From an uncultured virus (IMG/VR IMGVR_UViG_3300025838_000029) (Duplodnaviria; Heunggongvirae; Uroviricota; Caudoviricetes), in IMG/VR virus record IMGVR_UViG_3300025838_000029, positions 1-64,000 of that record: DNA of 64,000 nucleotides. One strand, given 5' to 3'. A model generated the notes under the pieces. It was not told the DNA's origin and searched no databases. It saw nothing but the letters and a program-made list of their open reading frames with translations. Position numbers and translations under genes: made by a program. This document shows, piece by piece, positions 38,620 to 48,297 of this stretch; position 1 is the stretch's first letter, and each line of letters starts with the position of its first letter.

Positions 38620-38635
38620 GGAATCGGAATGGTTG

Positions 38636-38659
38636 GGAGGCACTCTTCGGGGTGCCTCC
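38636..38659 (+). terminator. UUCG hairpin after the capsid operon
   Basis: ggaggcactc-ttcg-gggtgcctcc; no clear U-tract. Confidence 0.5.
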
Positions 38660-38709
38660 TACTCCATATGATGATATATTTATTTGTTTCTAAATTTATC
38701 AGGTGAGCC

Positions 38710-39159
38710 ATGCGTCCGATTATTTATGCAGCAACGGCAACAGACGTAGCCAATGGCTTCACCGTAGCATTTCCGCTTGATTTTAACCGTGTGGCTGGAA
38801 GTTATTCCATTCAGTATCTTACCTATGCTGGACAAGGAACGGTCTTGTTAAGCACAGGTTTATACTCTGGCCCTCCATTGGCGGCAGGGGCTACCTCAAC
38901 GGCTCCTACTTCATCGATCACGGCAGGGACAGGTGCAGCAGGGGCTGGCACTGTTCAGCAAACCTATGATGATGTTTTTGCTGCTAATGCTTTAGCTCAA
39001 GCAATTGGGAGTGGAACTCCTAACATTATTTGGACTAGCGTGACGCTTACATCTGGACGAGCGATTGTCTCTCCTCCAGTGAAAGCATTCAGAATTTTGT
39101 CTCCTACGCTTGGTGATGTTATTACTATCATCGCGCAGGGCAGCAGTGTCGGCGGGTAA
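38710..39159 (+). CDS. virion structural protein
   Basis: MRPI, TVQQTYDD, PVKAFRI. Confidence 0.6.
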   Translation: MRPIIYAATATDVANGFTVAFPLDFNRVAGSYSIQYLTYAGQGTVLLSTGLYSGPPLAAGATSTAPTSSITAGTGAAGAGTVQQTYDDVFAANALAQAIGSGTPNIIWTSVTLTSGRAIVSPPVKAFRILSPTLGDVITIIAQGSSVGG

Positions 39160-39170
39160 GGAGCCATAGT

Positions 39171-40328
39171 ATGACCGCTAAATATTTGAAAGATGGCGAA
39201 GGCTTCAAGTTTCCAACTGAGTTCGGATTTCGCGGCTCGGCGGAAGGTCGGCATGACGCCAAGCGTCAGCCTGTTATTGATGACCAGGAATATGGAGATG
39301 GGTCTTATATTTCTCGTCAGAAGAGGGCTAAGGGTGGCGACGTTGGTGCGGAGATTCATCCGAAAGAAGATATGAAGGTTCATGGTAGAAACGCTAAGAG
39401 TGAGCGATATGCCAAACCTGAAGATCGTGATGAGAATGTGTTAGGGACTGAGAAAGAGAACTTCAAATCAGATCCTGATTCTTATAATGAGTATCGTGCT
39501 GCTGCTGAAGGTGGTCGTGCTCATTATGATGTTGGTGGGAATGTTGTTCCGCCTCCTGGTGCTCCTGGTGCTGGATGGCAGGGGCGTTTCCAGGGAGCGC
39601 CAATGCAGCGGCCACCAATGCCAATGCCGCAACAAGGTGCAATGCCACAGGGCGCAATGCCGCAACGGCCTATGCCTCCCATGGGGCGTCCTATGCCGCA
39701 AGGAATGTCACCGCAGGCTATGCCACAAGGAATGTCACAGCAGGGAATGATGCAGCGTCCAGGCGGAATGCCTCCTGGTATGCCACAGCGTCCTGGTATG
39801 CCTCCAATGGGGGCGCCACAAGGTGGAATGCCGCAAGGTATGCCTTTAGCTAGGGCAAAAGGTGGCCGGATGTGTCGTGCCGATGGTGGGGCCTCTGAGC
39901 CTGAAAAGAAAGATGATCCAATTTACGATGAGATGATGAGGCAGGATCAGGGTAGCCGGGATCATCAGATTCCTAATCCTGAGAAAAGTTCTCCTGCTGA
40001 TGGACGGTTGCATCGTGCAGATGGTGGTCCTGCGGGACAAGAGCCAACTATTTCCATGCCATTATCTACGGCTCAGACAATGGCGCAGAATTTAGTTCAG
40101 GCAGGTAAGGCGGCTGGGCAACGTGCTCAATATGGTATGACAGGTGGTTTGGCTAATACCGCTAGGTTTGGCGCTCAAGGGAATCAAATCCCTCCATCTC
40201 ACATTGCATTACCTCCGCAACCGAATGATATTAGCCGCCTAGGCCAGCAAAACACTGGATTAGGCTCCGGAGCACCGGGTAAGCCGGTTGCTATGGCCAA
40301 GGGTGGTCACGCAAAGAAGCGGTATTAA
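39171..40328 (+). CDS. low-complexity P/M/Q/G-rich protein with repeated xxxGG motifs
   Basis: RAKGG, AEGG, YDVGG, RAKGG, RADGG x2, MAKGG. Confidence 0.75.
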   Translation: MTAKYLKDGEGFKFPTEFGFRGSAEGRHDAKRQPVIDDQEYGDGSYISRQKRAKGGDVGAEIHPKEDMKVHGRNAKSERYAKPEDRDENVLGTEKENFKSDPDSYNEYRAAAEGGRAHYDVGGNVVPPPGAPGAGWQGRFQGAPMQRPPMPMPQQGAMPQGAMPQRPMPPMGRPMPQGMSPQAMPQGMSQQGMMQRPGGMPPGMPQRPGMPPMGAPQGGMPQGMPLARAKGGRMCRADGGASEPEKKDDPIYDEMMRQDQGSRDHQIPNPEKSSPADGRLHRADGGPAGQEPTISMPLSTAQTMAQNLVQAGKAAGQRAQYGMTGGLANTARFGAQGNQIPPSHIALPPQPNDISRLGQQNTGLGSGAPGKPVAMAKGGHAKKRY

Positions 40329-40347
40329 GAGAAGAAAGGTTAAGGAT

Positions 40348-41451
40348 ATGGTTCATCATCTTAAAGACGGCGAGGACTTTGGCCCTAGCCATTTTTCCAA
40401 AGACTTCGGTTTCCACGGAAGCTCATCTGGTGTCGGTCCTGGCAAGCATCATTCCAAGGCGACACATCTGCCAGAGCGTCAGAGTCCTTCGGATCTGAGC
40501 GCAAAGCATGTTTCCCCTGGAGACAATACCTACCGCAAAGGTGGTGAAGTCGGTCACGCTCATCCCCATGGCCATCATGTGGTTGAAGTCGAACACCATG
40601 AAGATGGTAGTGTTACACATCACCATGCTCATGGTGGCATGACCCATCACCATGCAGATGGACACATCTCTCATCACCATGCTCATGGTGGGGAGATCAG
40701 CGCCCATGAAGGTCATCAAGGACATCATGGCGGTCATTCATCCGTTCATGCTCATCCTCATGGTCATCATGTGACCCATGTAGAGTCTCTGCATGATGGC
40801 AGTGAAGTCCATCATCATTCTCATGGTGGTTATACGATCCATCATGCTCATGGTGGCGTGTCTCATCACGGCGCTCATGGTGAGACTGCTGGCAATGGTC
40901 AGGCTGGCCATGCTCGTCATACAGAAGCTGAGTATATGCCGAAGGGTAAAAACGGCGGATTTGAGGATGAAGACCAGTATACTGAGTATGAAGCCCATGA
41001 GGCCAAGCTCCGTAAAGGGGGTCAACCGAAGCACGGTAAACACCCTTTTCAGACTGAGGAAGCATACGATGATGGAGAAGAGCATGAAGCGATGAGCGGG
41101 AAAGGTTCTTATGCTCGTGGCGGTCATGCTGGTCATCCTGACTATGCTGAAGATAAGGCGATGATTGAGAAGGGTTTCCGTCAGCATGACGAGCATATGC
41201 ACGGCGGAAAGCATGAGCAAATTCATCTGGCTCGTGGTGGTCTTCCTCCTGCGTTACGCGCTGGTAAGCCTCCGATTGGTCAGGCTCCTCGCCCGTCTCG
41301 TCAGGTAACTCCTCGTCAGGCGGTTCCATTAGGTGGGGCGCCGATGGGTGTTGAGCCGAGTGCTGAACCGAATGCTGCCGGGTCCGAACAGGGTATTCCG
41401 CAGCTTCGCAAAGGTGGTCAGGCTCATCATAAGAAGCATCATCGGTATTAA
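40348..41451 (+). CDS. His-rich protein with repeated xxxGG motifs
   Basis: RBS aaggat; HAHPHGHHV x2, HAHGG repeats, YRKGG, LRKGG, YARGG, LARGG. Confidence 0.8.
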   Translation: MVHHLKDGEDFGPSHFSKDFGFHGSSSGVGPGKHHSKATHLPERQSPSDLSAKHVSPGDNTYRKGGEVGHAHPHGHHVVEVEHHEDGSVTHHHAHGGMTHHHADGHISHHHAHGGEISAHEGHQGHHGGHSSVHAHPHGHHVTHVESLHDGSEVHHHSHGGYTIHHAHGGVSHHGAHGETAGNGQAGHARHTEAEYMPKGKNGGFEDEDQYTEYEAHEAKLRKGGQPKHGKHPFQTEEAYDDGEEHEAMSGKGSYARGGHAGHPDYAEDKAMIEKGFRQHDEHMHGGKHEQIHLARGGLPPALRAGKPPIGQAPRPSRQVTPRQAVPLGGAPMGVEPSAEPNAAGSEQGIPQLRKGGQAHHKKHHRY

Positions 41452-41603
41452 TATGAATGGTCCTGTCTCTCAAGCTCAGATCCAGACACTTCTTGAATGG
41501 GCTGACTTCTGGGACAGGGCCGTTGATATTGAAGGGAAAGATGAAATTTCCTTTCTTCTTCGCCGGGTAGCAATGAAGATTGCTGGAATTATGGGAGTTG
41601 AAA

Positions 41604-41801
41604 ATGCCATACCGGAGCGAGTCTCAGAAGAGGTTGATGCTTGCATCAGCACACAACAAGAGTTTTGCTCAGAAGGTGGGGATCCCCCAGAAGACAGCAA
41701 AGAAGTTCGTGAAAGATAGTTCGGGACAAGACACTTCAAATCTTCCTGAACGTGTGGAAAAATGCTCTGGCGGGACTGCTTCCCGTCCTTTCAGGTGGTG
41801 A
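41604..41801 (+). CDS. small conserved virion protein
   Basis: MPYRSESQKRLM..SAHN..FAQKVGIPQ..AKKF. Confidence 0.7.
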   Translation: MPYRSESQKRLMLASAHNKSFAQKVGIPQKTAKKFVKDSSGQDTSNLPERVEKCSGGTASRPFRW

Positions 41802-41804
41802 GAT

Positions 41805-42107
41805 ATGGCGACTCTTTATATTACTGAGGTATCTGCCCTTGGATATGACATGACTCTTGGAACAGTCCCGGCTCCGAGAGTTCCTGCACTTGCTGAACAA
41901 GCTGTTCCCATTACAGGGGCATCTGTTCAAAGTAATCCATTTAATGTCTCCACCAGTATAATTCTTGTGAATACAGACTCTGCCTGTTCGTTGGCGTTTG
42001 GCCCAAATCCATTGGCTCAAATAACAGCGCATCGTTTGGGGGCAAACGAGACTCGGTTTTATTCGGTCATTCCTGGCCAATGCCTTGCTGTTATTGCAAA
42101 TATGTAA
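41805..42107 (+). CDS. virion structural protein
   Basis: MATLYITE, FGPNP.A, ETRFY.V..G..LAVI. Confidence 0.7.
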   Translation: MATLYITEVSALGYDMTLGTVPAPRVPALAEQAVPITGASVQSNPFNVSTSIILVNTDSACSLAFGPNPLAQITAHRLGANETRFYSVIPGQCLAVIANM

Positions 42108-42121
42108 TCGGAGTAAAAGAT

Positions 42122-42787
42122 ATGATGGGTGGTTCCTCTCCTCCGAATGCACAAGCGATTGACGGGTTTATCTCTCTCGTAAATGTTCTTAGCGATCCTG
42201 ACGGTGTTAAGAAGACAGTGGCCCAATTAGCTGAAGCTAAGAAGGCGCATGATACTTCTGCAAAGGTTGCTAAAGACGCTCATGCAAAGGCGATTGCAAA
42301 GGCGCGTGAGGTTGATGCAAAGGTTTCCGATCTTGAAAAGCGGGAGAAGGCTCTTCAGGAATCATTGGCACGACACCTTGAAGATAAAGCTTCTTTGGAA
42401 GCTGCCCGTAAGACGCATGATGCGTTGATGGCTGCACATAACCAGCATGTTCAGAATCTTCATTCTCAGATCTCAGGGCAGAATCAGAATATGGTTCTGG
42501 CTCTGGAGGAAGAGAAGCGGAAGGTTGCTGAACTTACGGCGGCTTTAGAGCAAGAGCGTATGGAAGTTGCGCGTCAGGCTTCTGAGCTTGCTCGTCGCAG
42601 TAACGATATGCTGGCTCAACATACTCTTATGCAGAGTTCGGTAGATCAGCAGCTTAAAGAAGCTGCTAATAAAATGGATGAAGTAAATTCAAGATTGTCT
42701 GCATTGGAAAAGCGGGAGTCTCTGGTTTCTGCAAAGGAAGCAGATCTTCAGCTTAAACATAGCAAATTGCGCGACATTCTTAGTTAG
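42122..42787 (+). CDS. coiled-coil protein
   Basis: Heptad-rich A/E/K/L sequence. Confidence 0.65.
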   Translation: MMGGSSPPNAQAIDGFISLVNVLSDPDGVKKTVAQLAEAKKAHDTSAKVAKDAHAKAIAKAREVDAKVSDLEKREKALQESLARHLEDKASLEAARKTHDALMAAHNQHVQNLHSQISGQNQNMVLALEEEKRKVAELTAALEQERMEVARQASELARRSNDMLAQHTLMQSSVDQQLKEAANKMDEVNSRLSALEKRESLVSAKEADLQLKHSKLRDILS

Positions 42788-42797
42788 GAGATGGTTA

Positions 42798-43238
42798 ATG
42801 CCAAAATCTACAAACACTTGTAACGCTATTTTGGCGTTGATCTTTAATGCGACGACATGGACATCGATGGCACAAAATGCTACGGCATCGCCATATACAA
42901 GTCTGTATCTATCTCTGCATAACTCCACAGGGCCGGGACTCACGGACTCTCAGACTGTGAACGAAACAGCTTATACAAACTATGCTCGGGTTGGCGTAAC
43001 CCGTGCCTCTGGTGCTGGTGGCTGGACAGTTAGCACGAATACCTCAACCAATGCTTCTTTGACGCAGTTTGCTCAGTGCGGTGCTTCTGGCGACACATTG
43101 ACATATGTGGCGATTGGAACGGCATCGAGTGGTACAGGGCATGTGCTGTATGAGGGGGCTTTGAATAGTAATCTTGTTGTGTCCAACGGGATTCAGCCTC
43201 AATTCGCCGCTACAAGCTTGACGATCACAGAGTCATAG
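42798..43238 (+). CDS. fibre/decoration-type structural protein
   Basis: LYLSLH...E.AYTNYARV.V.R...W...N...F..C...V..GIQPQF. Confidence 0.7.
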   Translation: MPKSTNTCNAILALIFNATTWTSMAQNATASPYTSLYLSLHNSTGPGLTDSQTVNETAYTNYARVGVTRASGAGGWTVSTNTSTNASLTQFAQCGASGDTLTYVAIGTASSGTGHVLYEGALNSNLVVSNGIQPQFAATSLTITES

Positions 43239-43279
43239 TGATATGATATTCCTCATTGGATTAAATTACCTGTGAGGAA
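43218..43279 (+). promoter_or_regulatory. HNH gene promoter and RBS-sequestering hairpin
   Basis: TTGACG-N18-TATGAT; ttcctca (43249-55) pairs with tgaggaa (43273-79). Confidence 0.55.
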
Positions 43280-43282
43280 AAA

Positions 43283-44083
43283 GTGATCAAGAAACGCAGT
43301 CAAGCTGAAATAGATTTTGCACTTGAGCTTTATAATGAGCTTGGTAGCGCATACAAAGTTGCCACTCGTATGGGCCTATCAAACAAAGCGGTCTATCGTA
43401 TGCTTCACGATGCTGGTGCAGATATTCCTGGTTGGACAGATCCTAAACCGCGAAAACTAAAGTTTGATGGGGATAGCGCGAAAGCAGTAATAGAAGACTA
43501 TTTATCTGGCATGTCTTGGGCTGATATGCGGGTAAAATACGGGGCCGCTGACTATGCCATGCGTGAGTGTGTTCGGAGAGCAGGGATAAAACTTCGGGAT
43601 CATGGCGGTCAGCGCCGCAGAATTACAGATCAGGAAGAACAAGAAATTGTTGGCTTGCTGAAATCTGGATTAAAGCAGGTTGCGGTATCTGCAAAGTTTG
43701 GTTGTCACCAAGGTATCGTAAGCAAAATCGCCATTAAGCATGGAGTATCTGACGGTCGAAAAGCGTCTGGTGAAAGACATGGAAGCTGGAAGGGTGGGGT
43801 TGTCAAAAATGGCGAGGGATATGTTTTGGAGAGGATTTATCCAGACGATCCTAATTTCGGCATGGCGGGGCGCAGCGGGTACGTCCCACAGCATCGTTTG
43901 GTTATGGCTAGAAGTTTGAGGCGCAATATTTCGCCATATGAATCTGTCCACCATATCAATGGTGATAGAACAGATAATCGCCTTGAAAACCTTCAGCTTA
44001 GATATGGCAAGCATGGCAAAGGTGTTGTTCTTACCTGTCGCTGTTGCGGCTCTCATGACATAGAGGCATCTAATCTTGACTGA
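43283..44083 (+). CDS. free-standing HNH homing endonuclease with HTH repeats
   Basis: WKGG, YVPQHRLVM, VHHINGDRTDNRLENL. Confidence 0.88.
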   Translation: MIKKRSQAEIDFALELYNELGSAYKVATRMGLSNKAVYRMLHDAGADIPGWTDPKPRKLKFDGDSAKAVIEDYLSGMSWADMRVKYGAADYAMRECVRRAGIKLRDHGGQRRRITDQEEQEIVGLLKSGLKQVAVSAKFGCHQGIVSKIAIKHGVSDGRKASGERHGSWKGGVVKNGEGYVLERIYPDDPNFGMAGRSGYVPQHRLVMARSLRRNISPYESVHHINGDRTDNRLENLQLRYGKHGKGVVLTCRCCGSHDIEASNLD

Positions 44084-44330
44084 TTGTCGCACTAAATTAG
44101 AGCGGTGGCTTGATAATCATATCGGGCTACCGCTTTATTATTGTTCTGGTTGCCAACGGCCTGTGAAGGTCGTTAAGACAAAAATTCATCGCAAGTGTGA
44201 TTGCACTGATATCGTAAATGCTCCTCGTAAGGTGTTTCTGCATGGAGCGCATGACAAGCCTAGCCTGGAATATCGCTTGATGGTAAAATTTCATCAAATT
44301 GCATCGTCTATTACAGGGAGGAATGTATGA
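44076..44330 (+). CDS. small Cys-rich protein
   Basis: YYCSGC...RKCDC. Confidence 0.55.
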   Translation: MTDCRTKLERWLDNHIGLPLYYCSGCQRPVKVVKTKIHRKCDCTDIVNAPRKVFLHGAHDKPSLEYRLMVKFHQIASSITGRNV

Positions 44331-44530
44331 GTGTTTTTTATTGTGGTGAGTGTGATGCTCCTGCTGAGTGCAAAGACAATCCAGAGGGTGGAGTTGTTTT
44401 TGTTCGATCTTGTGATCATGGCGAGGATAAGCCTGTTTTCTCTAGGGATAAGCCTCCAAATGTTCTTAAAGTGATTACTACTGACCCGAATATGGAAGCA
44501 AACCTGACGGGAACGAGTTCTCTGACGTGA
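44327..44530 (+). CDS. small Cys-rich protein
   Basis: FYCGEC...RSCDH. Confidence 0.55.
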   Translation: MSVFYCGECDAPAECKDNPEGGVVFVRSCDHGEDKPVFSRDKPPNVLKVITTDPNMEANLTGTSSLT

Positions 44531-44672
44531 CACACGCGGAAGAATTTGCTTTGATGAAGTCTGATCCGCAGGCTTTGTTCAATTATTATCTTGATCTCTT
44601 GCAGAGTGGAACTGTGCTGGACGATGCTCAAGTGGTAAAGCTTGAGTATTGCAAGTCTATGCTGGGGCTATT

Positions 44673-46007
44673 ATGAGCCTTTATAGCGTCAGTCAGTTAG
44701 CCTCGGCTGAGAACAATGGGCAATCGTACTTTGCCTGTTGGAAGAAGGCTCCAACGCAAACGACGGGGGCGAATTACTGGTTTGATCTGAACATGTCACC
44801 AGGAAGCCCCCCTCCTAATTATTATATTGGCACACCCAGCAATTACGTCCCCAATGGGTATGTTGAGAATCTGGGGATTCCTCATGGACAGAACGTTAAT
44901 GCTGTCGGTTATCAGAAGTATCTGAAGACGTTTATGCTGCTGAATGGAACGGCCTCGGCGGTTCCGTTGCCTTGCATTTTATATGATAACGTTGGGTTCT
45001 ACCCGTTTCTTGACGAGTCAACTCCTGGTGTCCAGCCGACAGTACAAGGGAGCTTGCCTCAAAGATGGATACCCACACAGACGGCTTATCTTGGATCTGA
45101 AGTGGCGACACAGGTTCCTGTGAGTGGGACAACTGGGTTCACAGCATCAGCAAACTGCACTTTGTCTAATCCTGGGTCTGTGATCCAGATGAATGTGACT
45201 GCCGCATCTCCGTATGCACAGACGACGATGACGGTTGTTCCTGAGCAGACATATCGATGTGAGTTTCAGTTTAGTGGATTTAGCTCTTCTGCTGGGGCTG
45301 TTACGGTGTATGGGGGAACGACATCGACCAATGGTGTTGGTGATAACTTCTCATTTGCGTTTGGGGCGAATGGAACGATTAACACCAACTTTTTTAACGT
45401 AACGAGGTCATTTACGTTTGTTGCGAAGGGGACGACGTTTAACTTTAACTGGGGCATGGGGGCTTCAGCGCTTAATGGTGACACGTCAACATTAAACTAT
45501 CTTTCTGTGAAGCCCGTTATGAACATGCTTCCTGCTTCTCAGAATCAATGTCTGCAAATGATGCCCACGGTTGTGGCCGGTCATTCGGGTATCCCTGTTT
45601 ATTTTGTGCAGTATACAAATCAGGATGGTTTGCCTAATCGCTGGGCTGGCCCGATTTATGGGACAACGCAAGCAGTTAATGGAACCATTCTTTCTGCGTC
45701 ACCGAACTCTAGCGCCATGGCGAATACCCCATTTCTGACGCTTCAATATGGAGATATTGGCGTTAGGACGGTTGATTCGATTATGTTTACAACGCTTGAT
45801 GTCGGGTTGATTTCGATGGGTTTGGTTCGTCCGATAGTCAATTTTGCGTTACGAACTATTGATGCTCCGGTAGAAATGGATTTTTTTAAAGATTGGTCTA
45901 AACTGCCAACGATACCGGATGATGCTGGTCTTGCTATAGTTTGCAATCCTCAAGGAACGTTAGCAGCAACGATATTTTGGGGATCGATCCAAACAATTTG
46001 GGGTTAA
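44673..46007 (+). CDS. structural fibre-module protein, paralog A
   Basis: WFDL, YTNQDG, PFLTLQYGDIGVR...LVRPI; internal beta-sandwich-like insert. Confidence 0.65.
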   Translation: MSLYSVSQLASAENNGQSYFACWKKAPTQTTGANYWFDLNMSPGSPPPNYYIGTPSNYVPNGYVENLGIPHGQNVNAVGYQKYLKTFMLLNGTASAVPLPCILYDNVGFYPFLDESTPGVQPTVQGSLPQRWIPTQTAYLGSEVATQVPVSGTTGFTASANCTLSNPGSVIQMNVTAASPYAQTTMTVVPEQTYRCEFQFSGFSSSAGAVTVYGGTTSTNGVGDNFSFAFGANGTINTNFFNVTRSFTFVAKGTTFNFNWGMGASALNGDTSTLNYLSVKPVMNMLPASQNQCLQMMPTVVAGHSGIPVYFVQYTNQDGLPNRWAGPIYGTTQAVNGTILSASPNSSAMANTPFLTLQYGDIGVRTVDSIMFTTLDVGLISMGLVRPIVNFALRTIDAPVEMDFFKDWSKLPTIPDDAGLAIVCNPQGTLAATIFWGSIQTIWG

Positions 46008-46010
46008 AAA

Positions 46011-47222
46011 ATGACTATTCTCAGTATGGATCAGCTAGTTGCCGCGATGTCGAATGGGCAGAGGTGGAGGGCTGACTGGAACAAGAACTGGTTGGGAACT
46101 TCTGCTCAGACGGCTGGTCTTTGGTATGACCTGTATCAGGGAGGCGGGAACCCAGCGGCTGGATCTCTGAACCCCGGTGGTCCTGCTTTGGCATTTCAGC
46201 CGATGTGGGATACACAGCCGACAAACGCCTCTGGCATTCTGCACGGTGGTAATGTGGGGTTGGGTTATTCTGGATATACCAAAAGCATCCTTAACGCCTC
46301 AGTGTTCAGTGCGGCGGCAACGACGGCCCCTACTGTTCTGATGCTGGTTGATATCCAGGGCTTGTTTACGCTCGGTGGAACGACAACGGGTGCTCAGACG
46401 GTTGTGACCTCGGCAACGGTCACAGCGACTAACTCTACAAACTTGTTGCTGACTTACTCCTCAACGTTTGATCCATATACCTCGATCTTCTGTTTTAGCA
46501 TTTCCAACTCTGGTGGATCGCTACCGGGCAACCTTAATGCCAGTCAGGTTTACTATGGGGTGCGGCAGTCATCGACGACTTGCTGGGTATCGACCAGCTA
46601 CTATAATGCGTTGAATGCTGTTTATGTTGCTTACAGTTCGGCTGGTTCCGGCACGAACACAATTGTCCAGCAGATGCCGCGCTATAGTCAGAACTGGTCA
46701 ACTGCCACGACCTCGACAATCGGCCTGTCCTCGACGGCTGGCGCTGGTGTCCAGTGCTTTGCAGTTGCCGCTGGTGGCGCGATGGGTACAACTACTGGCA
46801 CATTGACACTGACTTATACGAACTCGGCTGGCACGGCTTCTCGTGCGACTCCGTCTTCCCCGGCTTTGCCGACATGTACGGCAACGGCTATTCAAGGTAA
46901 CGTGGTTTATAGTGGTACGGCCTCTGGTAAGTACGGGCCATTCATGCCATTGCAGGCTGGTGACGCGGGTATTCGTGTTCCGACTGCTATTAACCTGTCG
47001 TCAACATATACGTCTGGAACTTTGGCGTTTGTTTTGGCGCGACCATTGTTGACCGTCCCCGTCACAACCGTTGGGGTCGCGGGTGAGAGAGATCTGGTTA
47101 ATCAGCTTCCCAGCATGCCAGTAGTACAGGATGGGGCCTGTTTAGCATGGATACAGTATGCAGGATCAGCAACGCCGACAAATAGTAGTTACTTTGGAAA
47201 TCTGGACTTTGTTTGGGGATGA
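46011..47222 (+). CDS. structural fibre-module protein, paralog B
   Basis: WYDL, YTNSAG, PFMPLQAGDAGIR...LARPL; S/T-rich. Confidence 0.65.
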   Translation: MTILSMDQLVAAMSNGQRWRADWNKNWLGTSAQTAGLWYDLYQGGGNPAAGSLNPGGPALAFQPMWDTQPTNASGILHGGNVGLGYSGYTKSILNASVFSAAATTAPTVLMLVDIQGLFTLGGTTTGAQTVVTSATVTATNSTNLLLTYSSTFDPYTSIFCFSISNSGGSLPGNLNASQVYYGVRQSSTTCWVSTSYYNALNAVYVAYSSAGSGTNTIVQQMPRYSQNWSTATTSTIGLSSTAGAGVQCFAVAAGGAMGTTTGTLTLTYTNSAGTASRATPSSPALPTCTATAIQGNVVYSGTASGKYGPFMPLQAGDAGIRVPTAINLSSTYTSGTLAFVLARPLLTVPVTTVGVAGERDLVNQLPSMPVVQDGACLAWIQYAGSATPTNSSYFGNLDFVWG

Positions 47223-47228
47223 TTTATT

Positions 47229-48296
47229 ATGGCGTTGTTAGGTAATTTCAGCGTCTATAATAAAGGCCCAGGTTTGTTTCTTGCTGGTGTTGGCAGTGGC
47301 GCAACCAATCCCGTAACTGTTGAGGCTCAAGTAAGATCAACTTTCAACAAGGCTGGGGCTATTAGGAACTTTATCCTGATGGATGGAGCTTCTGGTGCGG
47401 CGGATACGTTAGCAATTCCTACGGGGAACTATCCTCCTAATACCTGGATGATTCCAAAGACTGCTGGTGAGATGTCAACAGGGCCTAACGTTTCAGGGTC
47501 TGGCTCTACAGGCACACCTAATCTAGCTGGTGGCGTTAACATATCGGCAGGATTGACCGGGACAGGGTCAACGAATGTTGGCCTGAACGCTATTGCTATC
47601 TGCGCGGCAAGTTTGAGTGGCGCAGGAGACATTACGTCTTCAGTTATGAATGCGCTTGGTGTGATGCAGGCGGCACTGACGGGATCTGGGAATGTTGCCT
47701 CAACATTAAATGCGCTTGGAGCTTTAATCGCATCCGTCTCTGGATCTGGTGACGTTACCAATGCAGCATTAATTGGTGTGCAGTCTGCGTTTATGGTGGC
47801 TGCGTTGTCTGGGTCAGGAAGTGTATCGGCGCTTGTGAATGCGCTTGGGACGCTTCAGGCTTCAGTGAGCGGCAGTGGGAATATCACGAATGCAGCCGGG
47901 GTTGCTGCTCTACCTTTGGGCGCGTCTCTTTCTGGGTCTGGTGATATCACGGGCAATGCCAATTTGAATGCGCTCGGGAATTTGCTTGCTGGTCTTGCTG
48001 GCTCATCGTCTTTGTCTTCGACTTTAAATGCCATTGGTATTATGGGCGCGACGATCAGGTCTTACTCTGATCTTACGGCGCAGGGTGCTGCTGATGCTGT
48101 CTGGGCGCAGCTTCTTGAGGGCGGATATTCGGCAGAGCAATTGATGAGGCTTCTGTCTGCCGCACTTGCTGGGAAGGTATCAGGAGCAAGCGGAACAACG
48201 GTTACAATCCGTGATATTAACGACCTTGTAGACAGGATCGTTGCTACTGTTGACACATCAGGGGATCGCACCTCGATAACTTACGATGTGAACTGA
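47229..48296 (+). CDS. Gly/Ser/Ala repeat fibre protein
   Basis: Repeated A.LSGSG units; C-terminal LAGKVSG...RIVATVD..G.R. Confidence 0.7.
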   Translation: MALLGNFSVYNKGPGLFLAGVGSGATNPVTVEAQVRSTFNKAGAIRNFILMDGASGAADTLAIPTGNYPPNTWMIPKTAGEMSTGPNVSGSGSTGTPNLAGGVNISAGLTGTGSTNVGLNAIAICAASLSGAGDITSSVMNALGVMQAALTGSGNVASTLNALGALIASVSGSGDVTNAALIGVQSAFMVAALSGSGSVSALVNALGTLQASVSGSGNITNAAGVAALPLGASLSGSGDITGNANLNALGNLLAGLAGSSSLSSTLNAIGIMGATIRSYSDLTAQGAADAVWAQLLEGGYSAEQLMRLLSAALAGKVSGASGTTVTIRDINDLVDRIVATVDTSGDRTSITYDVN

Positions 48297-48297
48297 T

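Noticed and set aside
40423..41473. Met-rich and Asp/His-rich minus-strand ORFs
   Set aside because: Antisense reads of CAT-rich His codons in 40348-41451
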